From NCBI GenBank assembly GCA_017997475.1, contig JAGOEX010000002.1:1-41719 (forward strand): 41,719 nt of DNA. Reading direction: 5' to 3'. Both the position numbers and the translations under genes were made by a program. Source of the DNA: a bacterium (GTDB lineage: Bacteria; UBP6; UBA1177). Positions 38,626 to 41,719 of the stretch are shown here, piece after piece. The notes under the pieces are model-generated. The model saw only the letters and a list, made by a program, of their open reading frames with translations. It did no database searches and was not told where the DNA came from. The first letter of the stretch is position 1, and every line of letters starts with the position of its first letter.

Positions 38626-40398
38626 ATGAATCTTATTTCAATTAACGACATTACTTCAATTAAAGGGGATAATGTGCTCTTTGAAAGAATATCTCTGGGC
38701 ATTTCTGAAAATGAAAAGACAGCCCTTGTCGGGGTCAACGGTTGCGGCAAATCGACGCTTCTGAAGATCATGGCGAAAAAAGAGGAGCCCGAATCAGGCA
38801 ATGTTTCTGTGAACAGAAATATTAAGATCTCTTTTCTTGAACAGATGCCGGTGTTCGATCCTGCTGAAACAGTCAGAGAGCACATTTTCAACAGGAAAAA
38901 GGATGTTCCCTCAGAATCAGATAAAAGAATAGAGGAGATCCTCGGGAAGCTCGGCATTTCAGATCTTTCTTTAAAAATGGGGGCATTATCCGGGGGAATG
39001 ATCAAAAAGATCGCGATTGCTCAGGTACTTGTTGAAGATTCAGACATTCTTTTTCTTGATGAGCCGACAAATCATCTTGACATTGACTCAATCGTCTGGC
39101 TGGAGGAATACCTCAAAAAATCTAAGAAAAGCATCGTAATGGTGACACACGACAGATATTTCCTTGATTCGGTATGTTCTTCAATATATGAGATAGAGCG
39201 TTCAACTATTTATCATTACAAGGGATCTTATGATTTCTATCTCAAAAAGAAAGAGGAGCATCTGAACTCGATGATATCAAATGAGGAGAGGATAAAGTCA
39301 ATTCTGAGAAGGGAGCTGGAGTGGCTTGCGCGGGGACCGAGAGCAAGAGGGACGAAATCAAAGGAACGGATCGAATCAATAAGAAAGATGGTTGACAGAG
39401 ATAGACCGGAAGAGGAAAAGAGCATTGAGTTTTCCGTTTCGGGCAGAAGGATGGGTAAGAAAATCCTTGAAATGGGCGATATATGTTACAAATGGGGAGA
39501 TGCACCGCTCATTGAAGGTTTCTCGATGGTTTTCAAAAAAGATACACGGCTTGGATTGATCGGTGATAACGGTTCCGGGAAAACCACGCTTATTGATATT
39601 ATTTCAGGCAGGATGGCACCGCAGAAAGGGATTTACGATATAGGTGTCAACACGAAGATCGGCTATTTTGATCAACAGGCGAGGGAACTGCCTCTTACAA
39701 TGAGAGTTATAGATTATGTCAAAGGGAAGGGGGAACGGATAAACCTGCCTGACGGTTCATCTATAACAGCTTCCCAGATGCTTGAAAGATTTCTGTTCGA
39801 TCCTGCACTGCATTATCTTGATATCGGGAAACTTTCAGGAGGAGAGAGAAGGCGGCTTTATCTGGTCTCTGTTCTGATGGAAAACCCCAATTTCATAATT
39901 CTTGACGAGCCGACTAACGATCTCGATATAAAAACGCTTTCAGTTCTTGAAGATTTTCTGAACTCTTTTCCGGGTCCCGTTGTAGTTGTAAGTCACGATA
40001 GATATTTTCTTGATAGAACTGTTGATTCGCTCATCATTCTTAAAGGTGACGGCACTTTTGAGGGATTTACCGGGAGAACTTCCGACTGGCTTGAACAGAA
40101 AAAGAAAGCGCCTCTTAAAACAGATTCAGGAAACATGGCTCAAAAAGAGGAAACTGCCAAGCCCAGACATATCAGCGATACAAAGCCGAAAATGACTTAT
40201 GCACAGCGCATCAGGTTCGCCGAGCTTGAAAAACTGATACCTGATATTGAACGGGAAATAGCTGAAGTGGAATTAAAACTGGCAAATTATTCAAACACCG
40301 GTATATCAAGCGGCGATCTTTTCCTTCAGTATGAAACGCTGAAGAAAAAGGGGGATAATCTGATGAATGAATATATAGAGCTTTCTGAATGTCAGTGA
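38626..40398 (+). CDS. ABC-F family ATPase (Uup-like, two ABC cassettes plus C-terminal coiled coil, no TM domain)
   Basis: 590 aa. Walker [10 protein letters not shown] and GDNGSGKTT. Signatures LSGGMIKK and LSGGERRR. Walker [13 protein letters not shown] and [12 protein letters not shown]. Inter-cassette linker [19 protein letters not shown]-terminal coiled coil. Confidence 0.9.
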   Translation: MNLISINDITSIKGDNVLFERISLGISENEKTALVGVNGCGKSTLLKIMAKKEEPESGNVSVNRNIKISFLEQMPVFDPAETVREHIFNRKKDVPSESDKRIEEILGKLGISDLSLKMGALSGGMIKKIAIAQVLVEDSDILFLDEPTNHLDIDSIVWLEEYLKKSKKSIVMVTHDRYFLDSVCSSIYEIERSTIYHYKGSYDFYLKKKEEHLNSMISNEERIKSILRRELEWLARGPRARGTKSKERIESIRKMVDRDRPEEEKSIEFSVSGRRMGKKILEMGDICYKWGDAPLIEGFSMVFKKDTRLGLIGDNGSGKTTLIDIISGRMAPQKGIYDIGVNTKIGYFDQQARELPLTMRVIDYVKGKGERINLPDGSSITASQMLERFLFDPALHYLDIGKLSGGERRRLYLVSVLMENPNFIILDEPTNDLDIKTLSVLEDFLNSFPGPVVVVSHDRYFLDRTVDSLIILKGDGTFEGFTGRTSDWLEQKKKAPLKTDSGNMAQKEETAKPRHISDTKPKMTYAQRIRFAELEKLIPDIEREIAEVELKLANYSNTGISSGDLFLQYETLKKKGDNLMNEYIELSECQ

Positions 40399-41719
40399 AC
40401 ACACCTGTCGACCTGTTGAAAGGTGAACCGTCAAAAACCCTTCTTGCAATTTCCATCCCTGCGATAATACTTAATATTTTAAAAGCGGGTTACAACATTG
40501 TGGATATGTTCTGGCTTGGACAGCTCGGAAAGGAATATCTTGCCGGTGTCAGTGCTTCGGTCTTTCTTGTCTGGGCGATGCACGGGCTTTCGGCACTTGT
40601 CACAGTCGGAATAGTTGCAGGAATTTCAAGGAACATCGGTGAAGGGAAGCTCGAAACTGCAAGAAGCAACACATGGAGATCATTGAAACTCGCGTTTGCT
40701 CTCGGCCTTTTGCTGACTGCTTTTTTGTTTCCCCTTATTGATCCGCTTGTCGGCATGATAAAGCTTGAGCCGGTCGCACATAAAGCCGGAACGGAATACC
40801 TTCAGATAATGATCTCATCCACTGTTGCAGGATTCCTGATGTTCGCGCTTCATTCTGTTATGATAGCATGGGGAGATACGAGAACACCTGTTAAAGTTTA
40901 TGCCGCCACATTCATTTTCAACATATTTTTCAGTCCGGTCCTCATGCTCGGACTCGGACCTTTTCCCCGGCTTGAAACAAGGGGTGCGGCAATTGCCACT
41001 GTTGCAAGCTATCTTCTCGGATCTATTATATTTTTCGGCGTTATATTAAAAAACAGATGGATCCTTTTTCAAAAAGCAGGTCATGAGATCCCGTTTAAAA
41101 GATATATCTCTGTCGGTTATCCTGTCGCTCTTTCCGGAATGTTCTTTTCGTTCATATATTTCTTCATTGCAAAAATTACCGCCATGTTCGGCTCTGACGC
41201 TGTAGGCGCAATGGGGATCGGGCACAAGATCGAATCTCTGGCATACTTTTTTTCTCACGGTATTGCCGCAGGGCTTTCAACATTTACCGGAAGAAATCTC
41301 GGCGCCGGAATGGAACAGAGAGCTCGTGACGCTGCCGGGGCAGGAATGAGATTCGTCTCCATAGTTACCGGAATTTATTCGATATTCACTTTCATTTTCG
41401 CTCCTCAGATAGTTGCACTTTTTAACAGTGATCCCGGACTTGTGGTTCAGGGGACGAACTATGTGCGGATAGTAATGCCTGTGGAACTTCTTCAAAGCAT
41501 TCTGATGACAATTGAATTCGGTGCATTTTCCGGTTCCGGCTATACCAAACCTTCATTTTTTGTTTCCCTGCCTATCGTTTTCCTCCGTATTCCTCTCGCA
41601 TGGATTCTGGCTGTGCATTTCGGCCTCAATGCTAACGGAATATGGCTTACGATCGCGACAACGATGGCACTTAACAGCTTTATATTCATGATACTTTTTA
41701 AAAAAGACAACTGGTTGAA
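40395..41719 (+). CDS. MATE-family efflux transporter, 3' end just beyond window edge
   Basis: Not in the ORF track because there is no stop in the window. I translated the frame by hand from GTG 40395 to 41717 with no stop: [55 protein letters not shown]...[17 protein letters not shown]...[28 protein letters not shown]. Typical MATE N-terminal motif and 12-TM pattern. GTGA overlap with the ABC-F stop. Confidence 0.85.
   Translation, partial: MNTPVDLLKGEPSKTLLAISIPAIILNILKAGYNIVDMFWLGQLGKEYLAGVSASVFLVWAMHGLSALVTVGIVAGISRNIGEGKLETARSNTWRSLKLAFALGLLLTAFLFPLIDPLVGMIKLEPVAHKAGTEYLQIMISSTVAGFLMFALHSVMIAWGDTRTPVKVYAATFIFNIFFSPVLMLGLGPFPRLETRGAAIATVASYLLGSIIFFGVILKNRWILFQKAGHEIPFKRYISVGYPVALSGMFFSFIYFFIAKITAMFGSDAVGAMGIGHKIESLAYFFSHGIAAGLSTFTGRNLGAGMEQRARDAAGAGMRFVSIVTGIYSIFTFIFAPQIVALFNSDPGLVVQGTNYVRIVMPVELLQSILMTIEFGAFSGSGYTKPSFFVSLPIVFLRIPLAWILAVHFGLNANGIWLTIATTMALNSFIFMILFKKDNWL

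Overview
This window reads as compact chromosomal DNA from a diderm, fairly AT-rich bacterium whose lineage I cannot resolve by eye. It is mostly housekeeping and cell-envelope genes. I see no CRISPR array, transposase, integrase, phage gene, rRNA or recognisable defence-system gene. All function calls come from motif recall with no database search.

Gene layout:
- Minus-strand operon, 8806 down to 1: SurA_N/PpiD-like chaperone, unknown 613-aa membrane protein, YkgJ-type Cys-cluster protein, MutS2, a MetH core lacking its activation domain, and a separate activation-domain gene running off the left edge. That last gene is absent from the ORF track.
- A stand-alone tRNA-Leu(CAA).
- EamA transporter.
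- A 1047-aa chemoreceptor with a very large Reg_prop/Y_Y_Y periplasmic sensor.
- A convergent ECF sigma/anti-sigma pair, then hisC.
- A 25-kb plus-strand run: CpoB-like lipoprotein, two large lipoproteins, a LolA-like protein, SWIM-SNF2 ATPase, unknown secreted protein, gyrB-gyrA, khpA, unknown membrane protein, rarA, Slt-like lytic transglycosylase, SpoIID/LytB protein, TPR lipoprotein, ABC-F ATPase and a MATE transporter. The MATE gene runs off the right edge and is also absent from the ORF track.

Genes are tightly packed, with eleven start/stop overlaps.

Most noteworthy, all modest candidates rather than a demonstrated new system:
- The Reg_prop/Y_Y_Y-MCP fusion.
- An uncharacterised lipoprotein module ending in a LolA-like gene.
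- A cytoplasmic SWIM-SNF2 ATPase flanked on both sides by exported-protein genes.
- A 28-nt palindrome across two abutting convergent stop codons.
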